Shown: one piece after another, positions 53,856 through 64,000 of the stretch
How positions within the stretch are numbered: position 1 is the first letter of the stretch
Layout: each line of letters starts with the position of its first letter
Assembly (NCBI GenBank): GCA_963810155.1
Contig: CAWEMN010000016.1
Coordinates: 131,090 to 195,089 of the forward strand
DNA: 64,000 nucleotides
Origin: an uncultured Acidobacteriota bacterium
Lineage (GTDB): Bacteria > Acidobacteriota > Terriglobia > Acidiferrales > UBA7541
Reading direction: 5' to 3'
Made by a program: the position numbers and the translations under genes
The notes under the pieces: model-generated
Told to the model about the DNA's origin: nothing
The model's input: the letters and a program-made list of their open reading frames with translations, nothing else
Databases searched by the model: none

Positions 53856-54249
53856 ATGTTGTGGAAAGCGAGGCGCCCGACGTGGTGGCGCGGCGATTCA
53901 AAGGCCAACGAGTGACCAGTAACACGCTAATGGAGAAGGGACGTCGGCCCGACCTCTTTAACGCGTCGTTTGCTGCACTTAATTCTCTCTACGTAATGGT
54001 TGCCTTAGGCCGAGCTCGAAAGCTGAAAAAGCGCGAGGGCCGGGCCCTGGTCTTCTCCGTAAGAAAGTGATGGGTTATTGGCTGCAAAGAAACTGGAAAA
54101 TTGATCGACACGATCCAAATTATGAACTTGCCACGACTGCGGAACGCACTTAGAGTCTTTCCAACATCGAATTTGCGGTCACCTCTGGAAACGGCCCCGC
54201 CGATTCTCCCTAGTCGGCGGGGCCCTCGTTTTATAGACTGGCAACCAGT

Positions 54250-55551
54250 TTGGTAACGCAAACGCACCCTGCACCCGAGATCGAGCGCGTGCGGCCTCTG
54301 AAGATGGGCCTGGCGCTCACGACGATTCTCCTCTTCGCGCTGTTCGCCTGGATCACACTCTTCAGGGCCGGACCCTACGGCGCACCGGACCATCAGTGGG
54401 GCTCGCCGGCGCACCGCACCGACTTCAGCGTATATCGTGATGCAGCCGCGGCCGTGCTGCACGGCCAAGATCCATATGAGATCCGCAATCAGCGCGGCTG
54501 GGCGTACGTCTATCCGCCACCGTTTTCGGTGGTCATGGTGCCGTTTGCGCTGCTGCCGATGCCGGTAAGCGTGCTGGCGTGGTATTTCGTATGCGCGGGA
54601 CTGACGATCTCCGCGGTGAGCATGTCGGGGCAGCTGGCGGGAGCCGGAGTCAGCGGAGAACGCAAGCGTCTGGCGATCACGTTCCTTCCAGCGTTGCTCG
54701 TGTCGATCTGGTTTACGGTGGGCCTGACGCGAGGCCAAGCCTCCGTGCTGATGACCTGGCTGATCATCGCCGCGATTTTTTGGGAACACAAAGGCCGCGT
54801 CGCCGCGGCGGCCGCCTGCCTGGCGGGTGCGGTGCTGCTGAAAGCTTTCGCGCTCTCGCTTTTGTGTTACTACGCGTGGCGCGGGAGATGGAAGATGGTG
54901 GCGGGAAGCCTGGCGGCAATTGTCCTGGGCGGGCTGTTGCTGCCGAGCGCGGCCTTCGGCTGGCGCGGGAATCTCCATTACATCGGCGAATGGACGCGCG
55001 AAGTGGCGGCGCCGGCGCTTGGGTCGGAGTCCTCGCGATCGCATTCAGAGCTGTACGATCAACTGCTCAGCATGGAACGGCCACGGAATCAAGATTTGGG
55101 CTCGGTGCTGCAGCGCCTGGCGGGAGGCAGCCACACGACGCCGATGGTGCTGGCGCTGGCTCTGGCGGTAGGGTTGCCGATCTGGCTCGTGGGGCGGAGG
55201 TCGACTCGGGAGTCGGAACCGCTGATCCTGGGAGCGGTGGTGGTGTGGATGCTGCTGGTTTCACCGGTGGCCGAAGATCACTACTTTTCGCTGTACGTGC
55301 TGCCGGCCGCGTGTGCATTGGCGGCACTCTTGGCCGCGGAACGATCAAAACGCCGATGGGGATACGCCATTCTTACTCTCGTCGGGTTATTGAACGTGGG
55401 ATCGGTGGTCGACCGCCGCTTTGAAACCTACGGCGCAGTTTTCTGGGGAGGACTGCTGCTGCTGTTTCTGCTGCTCTATATCGCGCGCTCCGAACTGGAT
55501 GCCACGCAGGCGGCACTGCGGGAGTATGGCGAGCATGTCGGCAACGATTGA
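54250..55551 (+). CDS. GT87/DUF2029 family integral-membrane glycosyltransferase-like protein
   Basis: 433 aa, ~10 TM, DF..Y motif (HRTDFSVYRDAA) characteristic of GT87/DUF2029. Confidence 0.7.
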   Translation: MVTQTHPAPEIERVRPLKMGLALTTILLFALFAWITLFRAGPYGAPDHQWGSPAHRTDFSVYRDAAAAVLHGQDPYEIRNQRGWAYVYPPPFSVVMVPFALLPMPVSVLAWYFVCAGLTISAVSMSGQLAGAGVSGERKRLAITFLPALLVSIWFTVGLTRGQASVLMTWLIIAAIFWEHKGRVAAAAACLAGAVLLKAFALSLLCYYAWRGRWKMVAGSLAAIVLGGLLLPSAAFGWRGNLHYIGEWTREVAAPALGSESSRSHSELYDQLLSMERPRNQDLGSVLQRLAGGSHTTPMVLALALAVGLPIWLVGRRSTRESEPLILGAVVVWMLLVSPVAEDHYFSLYVLPAACALAALLAAERSKRRWGYAILTLVGLLNVGSVVDRRFETYGAVFWGGLLLLFLLLYIARSELDATQAALREYGEHVGND

Positions 55552-55744
55552 AAAGACCTGCCCGAGTTGCGGAACGACGTTCACGTGCCGGCAAGAGGCC
55601 GGGTGCTGGTGCGGCGACGTACGGCTGGCGCAGGCGACAATTGAAGCGTTGCGCGCGAGATTCGTCGGTTGCCTGTGCGAAGGCTGCCTGAGGAAAGAGG
55701 CTTTGAGAGAAAAGCCGCAGCCTGGAATTTCCGCAGACACATAG
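55536..55744 (+). CDS. cysteine-rich CWC family small protein
   Basis: CPSCGTTFTCRQEAGCWCGDV...CLCEGC pattern; overlaps the 3' end of the GT87 gene by 16 nt. Confidence 0.55.
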
Positions 55745-56036
55745 CCAATTTCCTGAACATCTCCGAATTTCAAAAAAAGAAGCGCCCCACCAAAGCGGGC
55801 GCTTCCTTCAATTCTCGCAGGTTCCAACTCAGGCGAAACGATGTCAAGGTGTATCGCGTCATACAGCTTGTTACACGATTGTGACAACCGCGGCATTCTC
55901 GAGGGGTAGAATGCCGGGCAACAGGGCTCGGGCCAGCAGACAGCAATGCGCTTGACGCTAGGCTTGGACCTGTGTCATTTTTTCGCGCAACAATATCGCC
56001 GCCGGGGTGATATCTAGGAATAAGGGAGGTGTGGAT

Positions 56037-59000
56037 ATGAGTTCGTTTATCTCCGTCTACAAGGAAGTCCTATCTGCTGGCGCCAAGAGGGCGCTTTTTT
56101 TGTTTGGTGTGAGCCTGGCAGTCATTCTCTTCTCTGTGCCCGCTTCGGCCCAGCTCAATTACGGCCACATTTATGGCGCCGTAACGGACCAAACGGGAGG
56201 AGCCATGGCAGGGGCCATGGTGACCGTGGTCGACGTGGACCGCGGAATCTCGCGGTCGTTGGTGGCGGACGACGCCGGAGAATTTTCGGCTTCGAGCTTG
56301 CTGCCCGGCAATTATACGGTGCGCGCCGAGTCCAAGGGTTTTAAGGCCGGTGAGCACACGGGCCTTACTGTGGGAGTCGGCCAGGACGTTCGGGTTGACT
56401 TCACGCTGCAGCCCGGCGAGCAGACCCAGACGGTGACCGTCACTGGCGAAGCTCCGATGGTGAATACGACCAGCGCTACCCTGGGCGGCACCGTGGAAAA
56501 CGCGGCGATTGTGGACTTGCCGCTGAACGGGCGCGCCTTCCAGAAGTTGCTGGATTTCAGTCCCGGCATGCAGCAGATTCCGGGCGGCGGCACTCCGGCA
56601 TACAACGTCAACGGCCAGCGCGGCACGAACATCACCTGGATGCTCGATGGCGTGGACGAGATCAATATGGCCGGCGGCGCGGGACCCACGGTGGGCGGAA
56701 ACGGCGGCGGAGTGGACGGCGTAACCATTTTGTCGCTGGACGCGATTCAGGAAGTCAACACGATCCAGAGCCCCAAGGCGGAATATGGCTGGATGGCGGG
56801 CTCGATCGTCAACATCGGACTGAAATCGGGAACCAATAGCGTTCACGGTACGGCCTTTGGCTTTTTGCGTAACGGCGCGCTGGATGCGAAGAATGCCTTC
56901 CTGGGAAGCGGACTCTCCAAGGCCGTCGATAATCTCAAGCAGTACGGCGGCACGGTTGGCGGGCCGCTCAAGAAAGACAAGATCTTTTACTTTGGAGCTT
57001 ACGAGGGGAATCGCTATAAGCTCGGGGCTCCCAAGACACTTGTCGAACCGACCGATGCACCAGGGCTGGGAGCCACGAACAGCATCCCGGACGCGATCGC
57101 CGCGATGAATTCGATCGCAGGCCAGAAGATCAGCACCATGAGCGTGTTGATGGCGGGATGCAGCGTGCAGGCGATCAACCCCGCGCTGAAGACTGGCGCA
57201 GCGGTAGCGCCCTTCTGCGGGCCCGGCGCCAGCGGCGCCCCGCTCAGTTTGTTTCAAAACTCCTCGGCTTCGGCCACTCAAGGAGTGCAATTTAATAACA
57301 ACGGCGGCTCAGACAACGGGCTCGCAAAAATCGACTACCACCTGAACGACAAGAGCACGCTCAACGGCGAATATTTCTTCGGCAACGGAAATGTCAACAA
57401 CGCTACTTCCGCCACATCGCCTTTCTGGCTGGCCGACAACCATTTCCGAACTCAAACGGGCAGGGTTGTCTGGGTCTGGACGCCGAAATCCTCGATGGTG
57501 AATGAGATGAGGTTTGGTCTTCTGGAATACACGCAGCTTGGTTTTCCGGACGATTGCAATGGAAACGACGGAGCGCCGAATTACGCGAGCGCTTACGGGT
57601 ATAACCTGGGGTTGACCATACCTGCGCCGCAATGCGGGTTCGCGAACGTCGGCATCACCGGGTTCGGAAGTTTGGGCAGCCAGAGCACCAATGGCGGACC
57701 CCAGGCCAACCATTTCAGCGTCTGGTCTGGAATCGACAGCCTCTCCTACACTCGCGGCAGCCACCTTTTCAAGTTCGGCGGCGAGATTCACGACACTCTA
57801 TTCAGCGGCAGCAAATCGCTGACGAACGATAATGGCACGTTTAGTTTTGGCAAGACGAATGGTCTGGTGGCAGGTGCAGGCACGGGCACACCGCTGGAAG
57901 ACTTTTTGGCGGGTGCTGCCGCGTCGGGAACCATCCTGGTCGGAAACGCGACCCTCTCACAACCGGTTCACTACAACCGTTACTCCCTGTTCGCACAGGA
58001 CGACTGGCGGATCCGGCCGAGAATAACCCTGAACCTGGGTGTGCGGTGGGAGTACGTCCAGCCCATCTATACGCCAAATAACGTGTTGGGCAATTTCAGC
58101 CCGGGCGCAGGACTCGTCCAGGAGACCGGCGGCAATACGGTCTATAACCTTCCCAAGAATCTCTTCTCGCCGCGCCTTGGAGTGGCGTGGGACATAACCG
58201 GCAAAGGCACGACGGTGGTCCGGATGGGGGCCACCTATATGCACGACTTCCTGGTGTTCCAGCAGCTACTGCCCAACCTGCAAGCTGTGCCAACCGGATT
58301 TGCCCTGGTTCAGCCGAACGGCACTCTGGCGCCGCAGCCGGGCAACAACCTCCTGGGGACCCTGGCTCTTGCTACAGGATCAGTAAACTGGTCGGGCACG
58401 GGGCCGGTGGTTACGCTGACTCCTAACGCGCGAATAGCTTCGGATTCGCCTGCGGGAACGGCGTTCCCATTAATCCGGCTGCACCTGTATCAGCGGGCAA
58501 CCCGAGCAATCCGGCACCTTGCAACCTCGCTGCGCTGACTCCCCCGACGGGTTTCAAGCCGGATGGAGTTATCGGCTGGAACCTCTCCGTTCAGCATGCC
58601 TTCGGGAATAACCTCTCCTTGAACGTGGCCTATGTCGGCACTCATGGCGAGGACCTCCGCGGGACAACGGACCTCAACCAGCCCCTGACTGGAATCAGCA
58701 ACGGAAGTACGGTAGCTAACGAGCAGGGCCGACGGATCTATACCCAAAACTGCCCGACCGCGTTCGGCGGCTTGGGCCTGAATCCAGCCCAGTGCTTCCC
58801 GTATCTCGGCCAAATACTGGAAAATCTCCCCAATGAAATTTCCAATTACAACGGGTTGCAGGCGACCTTGAACCAGCGGCTTTCGCATGGCCTGCAGTTC
58901 ACTGCCGGGTATACCTATGCCCATGCGCTCGACGAAGCCTCCGGGGTCTCCAACTCGGCCAATGGCAACCTGCAGAACACTCAAAACCCCCTGCTGGACT

Positions 59001-59845
59001 ACGGCAACGCCGCATTCGACGCGAGGCATCACCTGACACTCACGGGCACGTACAACATCCCCGGTTACAAGACGAAGGGGCAGATGCTGCAAGGCTGGCA
59101 GGCGAACATCGCACTCTCAATCCTGAGCGCGTTGCCCTTTAATGCGCAAGACAGCACCGACGACCTGAGCGGCACGGGCATCAATCAGGATCGTTGGAAC
59201 ATTCTGGGAGATCCGGGCAACATCACCGCAGGAACGGCCGCGCCGATTCCCTGCTTTGGCGTTCCCGGCAGTTCGTTTGCGAAGACCGGCACCGGCTGCA
59301 CGGTCGTAGCAGCGGGCTCAGGCGCGGTCGGGACACCAGGGTTCGTGTCCAACATGCCCGCGCAATGCGTCGCGTCAGCCACAGCCAACAGCATCTCGAA
59401 CGGCGGTCTCTTTAATGTGTCCTCCAATTCCGCGGTTCCGGTGAATACCACCCAAGCAGCGGCCAACGGTTCGTACAACGCCTTGGCGGGCCTTGCCAAT
59501 CTCGGCTGCTACTTCGAGAATGGCACGGCAATCGCTCCAGCGGCACAAGGGACCTATGGCAACATGGCCCGCAACGTCCTGAGAGGCCAACCCTTCAAGG
59601 AAACCGATCTGTCGATCACGAAGACGTGGAAATTCGGCGAGCGGCTAACCACTCAGTTCCGCGCCGAAGTCTTCAACGTCTTCAATGCCGTGGAATTTTC
59701 AAACCCGGGACAATCGACGGCAACCGCCAATCTGGCTGCGCCGGCAACTTTCGGCTCGGCAAGTTCCACGCCAAACACGTTCAGCTTCATCTTCGGAAGC
59801 GGCGGTCCGCGCACGATGCAGTTGGGGTTGAAGTTCCTCTTCTAG
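56037..59845 (+). CDS. TonB-dependent receptor-like outer-membrane protein with carboxypeptidase-regulatory-like domain (paralog 2); frameshift at GCGCG ~58427-58433
   Basis: AAGGGAGG RBS, signal peptide, GHIYGAVTDQTGGAMAGAMVTVVD domain, barrel; C-terminal third (FGFACGNGV...QLGLKFLF) is in another frame; collinear with paralog 1. Confidence 0.75.
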
Positions 59846-59883
59846 ACGGCGATCCCAAAGCGCACTGCGCAGGCACAAATTGA

Positions 59884-59919
59884 GAAGGGCCGGAGCGATT
59901 CCGGCCCTTCTTATTTTTT
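59884..59919 (+). terminator. rho-independent terminator
   Basis: GAAGGGCCGGA-gcgat-TCCGGCCCTTC followed by TTATTTTTT. Confidence 0.7.
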
Positions 59920-60035
59920 AGTGAGATTTCAGCAGCGGGAGTTCTTCGGAACCGCAACATCTCCAAACGCAACCGTCTCGAACCAAAACGCTCTCAAACC
60001 AAACCTGTCTCGAACCTCGACGATCTCGGACGGAG

Positions 60036-61091
60036 CTACTTTGCGCCGGCCCAAGCCAACTTGGCTTCCGCGCACTCGATCACGATTGTGCTGAAGCGAT
60101 TGACGGCGTCTTTACTCACAAAGGGGTGGGGATCGCCGGGCTTGCGCGCGTGCAACGCATCGATCTTTGCGAACATGTTATCGAGCGCGCCATGGATGGA
60201 GACGATCGTATCGACGCCCGCTTTATCCTCGATCTCCTTGAAGCGCTTGGCCGAGGCGAGATAGGTTTTGATCATAGTCTGGGTGTCGGGAAACACTTGA
60301 ACGCCTCCCTGCACCAGGTTCATGGTGGTGCCGCCGATCATGGCGGCCAGATGGCGCTGGCCGCCATCCTGAACAGGAAAAACGATCGACAGGCTGGCGG
60401 CCGAGGCTCCCGGAGTGGAGTAAAGCGTGACGGTGGTGTCGCCGAGCGTCACCTTCTGCCCATCCTTGGCCACCATGTCCTTGACGGGTTTGACCCTGGC
60501 AGGCGAGTTATCGTTCGCAAGGAAGTCCCAATCGCCCTGAGACATGATGACGCGCACCGACGGAACCGCTTTCTTCAGAGCGTTGATTCCCCAGGACTGA
60601 TCCGAGTGGGAGCGCACGATCACCGCGTATTTGATGTTTGCGGGATCGAGATTGAAGGTGTGCAATTCATCGAGGAGCTGCGGCGTGACCCAATCGAAGT
60701 TCGTATTGATCAGAATGATTCCATCGGAGGTGGTGAGCGCCCAGGTAGATTCCGTTTTCGTGCCAATGTAATAGAGATTGTCGAAGACTTTTGCGGGCGG
60801 CGCATACCACTTTTCGCGGGGCGTGGGAGTCAATTTCGCGGCCTCGCCGGGCTCCAGGGGAACGTCATGGCCGACGGCCGGCGGCTGCACGCCGGGTTTC
60901 GGCTCGGCGCACATCTGGTTGGAGGCGGAATCGAAGGCCTGCCACGGCTGGGCGTTCGCGCCGGTGGGCGAGACGGCGGCCTTGGCCGCGGCCACGTGGG
61001 CCTGCGCCGTTTGCGCCTGGGCACGCGCGTCCATCGCCGGCCAAGCCGCCAGCAAAACCGTCAAGAGTAGAGGCACGCAATAGCGCTTCAT
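60036..61091 (-). CDS. secreted metallo-beta-lactamase-fold protein
   Basis: Signal peptide (MKRYCVPLLLTVLLAAWPAMDARA), MBL-like region (YAVIVRSHSDQSWG), GGAG RBS. Confidence 0.65.
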   Translation of the reverse strand: MKRYCVPLLLTVLLAAWPAMDARAQAQTAQAHVAAAKAAVSPTGANAQPWQAFDSASNQMCAEPKPGVQPPAVGHDVPLEPGEAAKLTPTPREKWYAPPAKVFDNLYYIGTKTESTWALTTSDGIILINTNFDWVTPQLLDELHTFNLDPANIKYAVIVRSHSDQSWGINALKKAVPSVRVIMSQGDWDFLANDNSPARVKPVKDMVAKDGQKVTLGDTTVTLYSTPGASAASLSIVFPVQDGGQRHLAAMIGGTTMNLVQGGVQVFPDTQTMIKTYLASAKRFKEIEDKAGVDTIVSIHGALDNMFAKIDALHARKPGDPHPFVSKDAVNRFSTIVIECAEAKLAWAGAK

Positions 61092-61610
61092 ATTCGTAAT
61101 CTCCTTGGGATCTAGATTCGCTCCGAGCCGGATCGTCCGATGCAAGGGACCTTCCCCAGCGCAGCCCCTTCCCTAGCGCAGCAAGGTACGCCATCGGCGA
61201 ACGCGGGTCAATCTCGTTGCCACCACGTGGTCGTTACCACCACGTGAGTGCAGCGGTTGCATGGAGCGGAAGAGCAAAGCGCGACGCGGATGCCGCAGTC
61301 ATTCACGGCACGGCGGCATCGCCACACGGCAGCGCGCGTGCATTTGCCGCAATTAGCGACAGGGACTGATACGTGATACAAATATGCTTGACTTGAGTCG
61401 CGAGCTATCTTAGAAACGACCTGACTTGCGGGCGCCGGAGGGAGAAAACGGGCCCGAAGTGGACAGGGCATCCCCAAATATTGGATCGATCCAGCGGAGC
61501 GAAGGCCTGATTGTGCGACGGACTTGTGGCCGATCAAGCGATAAAACTGACGCCGCCCGCGGAATTGAGCAACTCTCAGGATTTCTGCACTGTAAATGGA
61601 GGCAATGGCA

Positions 61611-61997
61611 ATGAGGAATAGGGCTATCACGAACGTACTGGTGCTGGTTGGCCTTCTGATCGTTTCGGCGCCGCTCTTCGCACATCACGGAAACGCCGCG
61701 TACGACAACCGCACAGTCACGGTAAAGGGAACCATTACAGCTTGGCTTTGGACCAATCCCCACTCCTTCCTGAAGTTCGACGCGAAGGATGAGAAGGGGA
61801 ACACGGTGCATTGGATCGGCGAGTGGAACGCACCCGCCACGCTCATCAACTTTGGTATTACGGCAAAGTCATTCCATGTCGGAGAAGACGTCACCGTGAC
61901 CATGGTGGGAATGGCCAAGAGCGGCTCTTCCGTCGGGCGCGTCACCAAGGTCATCCTGCCTGATGGACAAGAGTTGAGCATGGGCTCTGAGCGGTAA
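61611..61997 (+). CDS. small secreted hypothetical protein
   Basis: GGAGG RBS 8 nt before ATG 61611; signal peptide (VLVLVGLLIVSAPLFA); beta-rich ~105 aa mature part. Confidence 0.5.
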   Translation: MRNRAITNVLVLVGLLIVSAPLFAHHGNAAYDNRTVTVKGTITAWLWTNPHSFLKFDAKDEKGNTVHWIGEWNAPATLINFGITAKSFHVGEDVTVTMVGMAKSGSSVGRVTKVILPDGQELSMGSER

Positions 61998-62129
61998 CCG
62001 TTTGGCGCGAAGCAACGCGCCAGTAAAGAGCAACGAAGTTGCGGCTCGGGTCCGGGCAGGCGTTCGCAGAAGATCCCGAAACTCGAGACTGAATCCGCAG
62101 TCGGATCTTAATAAGGAAGGCTTACGAAA

Positions 62130-63030
62130 ATGCTGAACCGCTTTGTAGCCGCAACGGCTGTGCTTGGCCTGTTGGTTTTCTCGCCTGTTACGCGCGCCCA
62201 ATCTACCGCGCCGAGGGAGTCGGGGAAAAATATACACCGCGACGGTTGGGACCGGATCGTGCCCGCGCCCCCGAAAACTCCGACAACGACGCCCGGGCCC
62301 GCTCCCGTCCATGATCTCAGCGGAATCTGGGAACCCATACCGGGCTATCGCGACGGCGTGTTTGCGACGGGCCCGAAGCAATACCCTTCGGACGGCAAGC
62401 CGGAGCACGAATTGCCGTTTACGCCCGAAGGGCTGAAGGCGTGGAAGTCGCATAAGCCGGGCTTTGGCACCACGGCAGTTCCCATTGCAGATAATAACGA
62501 TCCATTCGATATTTGCGATCCGATCGGATTCCCGCGCCTCGAGCTGTTTAACCTCAGAGCGATACAAGCTGTGGAACAACAAGAACCAGGTGCAGATCGT
62601 TTACCAAAACGATCAGGTGTGGCGGAACATCTGGACGGACGGGCGAGCGCTTCCGAAAGAGATCCTGGAGCCCCGCTGGTACGGATATTCAGTCGGCAAA
62701 TGGGTGGACGACACCACTTTGGTGGTCGACACGATCGGGTTGGATGAAAGGACCTGGATCGATAACGTTGGGCGGCCCCACAGCGACGAATTGAAAGTTA
62801 CGGAAACGTGGCACCGCGTGAACCACGACGTCATGGAACTCACGCTGACCATCACAGACCCGAAGATGTATACGAAACCATGGAACGCCCTGGACAAATT
62901 CCGCCTCGGGTTGCAGACGGAGTCGTTTGATATTCGGGAGATGCTGTGCTCTGCTTCGGAAGCAGCGGACTATAACAAGACCGTCGCCGAAGAGGCTGCC
63001 GCAACAAAAAAGAACGCCAAGAAGAAGTAG
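62130..63030 (+). CDS. secreted hypothetical protein; frameshift ~62560
   Basis: Signal peptide (AVLGLLVFSPVTRAQ); N-terminal part (ORF 62130-62747) and C-terminal part (ORF 62464-63030, ...WYGYSVGKWVDDTTLVVDT...) in different frames. Confidence 0.5.
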
Positions 63031-63438
63031 CCTGCGAAAAAACTTTCCGGCTTACGCATACTTGAACGCAGAGAGCCGAGGCAGCGAACGGATTTTAAGC
63101 TGCCTCGGCTCTCTGCATTTCGTAGTGACCCGATTTACCCACATACGAACGGCGCCTGTGCCGATACGCACAAAATAGGTAATGGCGCTGATGTTTTAGC
63201 GCTACTCCTCCGGCCGCTCGGCATCGTTCCTGCACGTATGAACCGCCCTGCATCGCCCGGCTGTCATGGCCCCACGATCGTCGCCCGCGCCGAGTGACCC
63301 GCGGCGCTTTTGACCATACGTCGCCTTGCCGCAGGCCGGAGAGAAATCCTTGACACGTGGTATTGGCGAGAGTATAGAACGCGCACACCAAAGGGGAGAA
63401 CACAAGCCAGCGAAAGCCGGACACAGGAGGAGGAATCA

Positions 63439-64000
63439 ATGCTAAGCGCGTGTAAGCATCGCCTCGTTTGTGCGATTGTTTTGAGCGTAGGGCTTCTCGT
63501 CTTGTCGGCCAATGTAGACCTCTGCGGCACAAGGAACCACGGGCACAATTTTAGGCACGGTAACTGATTCCTCCGGCGGGACGGTGCCGGAAGCCTCGGT
63601 GCGCGTGATCAACAGCGGCACCAACGCCACGCAAATCACAACGAGCGACGCCCAGGGACGTTACCGCGTGCCGGACCTGTCCGTGGGTGAATACCAGGTC
63701 GCCACAGAAAAGGCGGGTTTCGAGACCGTCGTTCACAAAGGAATCACGCTCAACGCCGGCGCCGATGTGGTGGTGGATGTTTCGCTGCCGGTCGGGCAAG
63801 TGACGCAGGCGGTGACGGTGGAGGGCGACGTTACGCAGGTGGAGACGACCTCCTCGGCGATCTCGACGACGGTCGAGGCTACGCAAATGCGCGATCTGCC
63901 GCTGAACGGGCGCAATTTTGAGGAACTGATTCTGCTGGCCCCGGGCGTGATCAATGAGACAGGCGCGGGCGCGGCCAAGAATTCCTACATCGGATTTGGC
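63439..64000 (+). CDS. TonB-dependent receptor-like protein with carboxypeptidase-regulatory-like domain (paralog 3, 5' partial in window; frameshift ~63525)
   Basis: GGAGGAGG RBS, signal peptide MLSACKHRLVCAIVLSVGLLVLSA, then GTILGTVTDSSGGTVPEASVRVINSGTNATQ...PLNGRNFEEL in the next frame; continues beyond the window. Confidence 0.65.

Noticed and set aside
51923-55044. Long minus-strand Arg-rich ORFs (241 aa, 273 aa, 351 aa)
   Set aside because: Antisense to the MFS transporter and GT87 genes; compositionally aberrant

Overview
High-GC (~62%) bacterial chromosomal segment whose gene content looks Acidobacteriota-like (three large 'carboxypeptidase-regulatory-like' TonB-dependent-receptor-type outer-membrane genes, many Tat/Sec-secreted proteins); the taxonomy is an inference only. 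No rRNA, tRNA, CRISPR array or obvious transposase/integrase was found. Coding density is high on both strands: general housekeeping and envelope genes (VWA protein, redoxins, TauE/DUF1634, Hsp20, TonB, FKBP, flotillin, ApaG, ABC-F, MFS), a two-component pair, an aromatic-acid catabolic cluster (MFS transporter, amidohydrolase-2 decarboxylase, pobA, pcaD), and an Rrf2-regulated redox operon. A striking technical and biological feature is about 20 apparent single-base frameshifts that split otherwise clearly homologous genes, mostly at short homopolymers or GC dinucleotide runs. This probably reflects indel errors in the assembly rather than mass pseudogenisation, and every product call here was made by reading across frames. 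The most unusual biology: (i) a fusion of a Cof-type HAD phosphatase with a DUF87/HerA-like P-loop ATPase, preceded by a ~400-nt ORF-less lower-GC region carrying UUCG-tetraloop hairpins; (ii) a Tat-exported TPP-dependent enzyme followed by a dihaem cytochrome c and an orphan ModA-like periplasmic binding protein; (iii) three copies of a 40-bp-periodic motif upstream of a near-leaderless ABC-F gene; (iv) a low-GC islet with a Phd/YefM-like antitoxin and orphan small ORFs. The long arginine-rich ORFs in the six-frame track are antisense artefacts of high GC and were not called.
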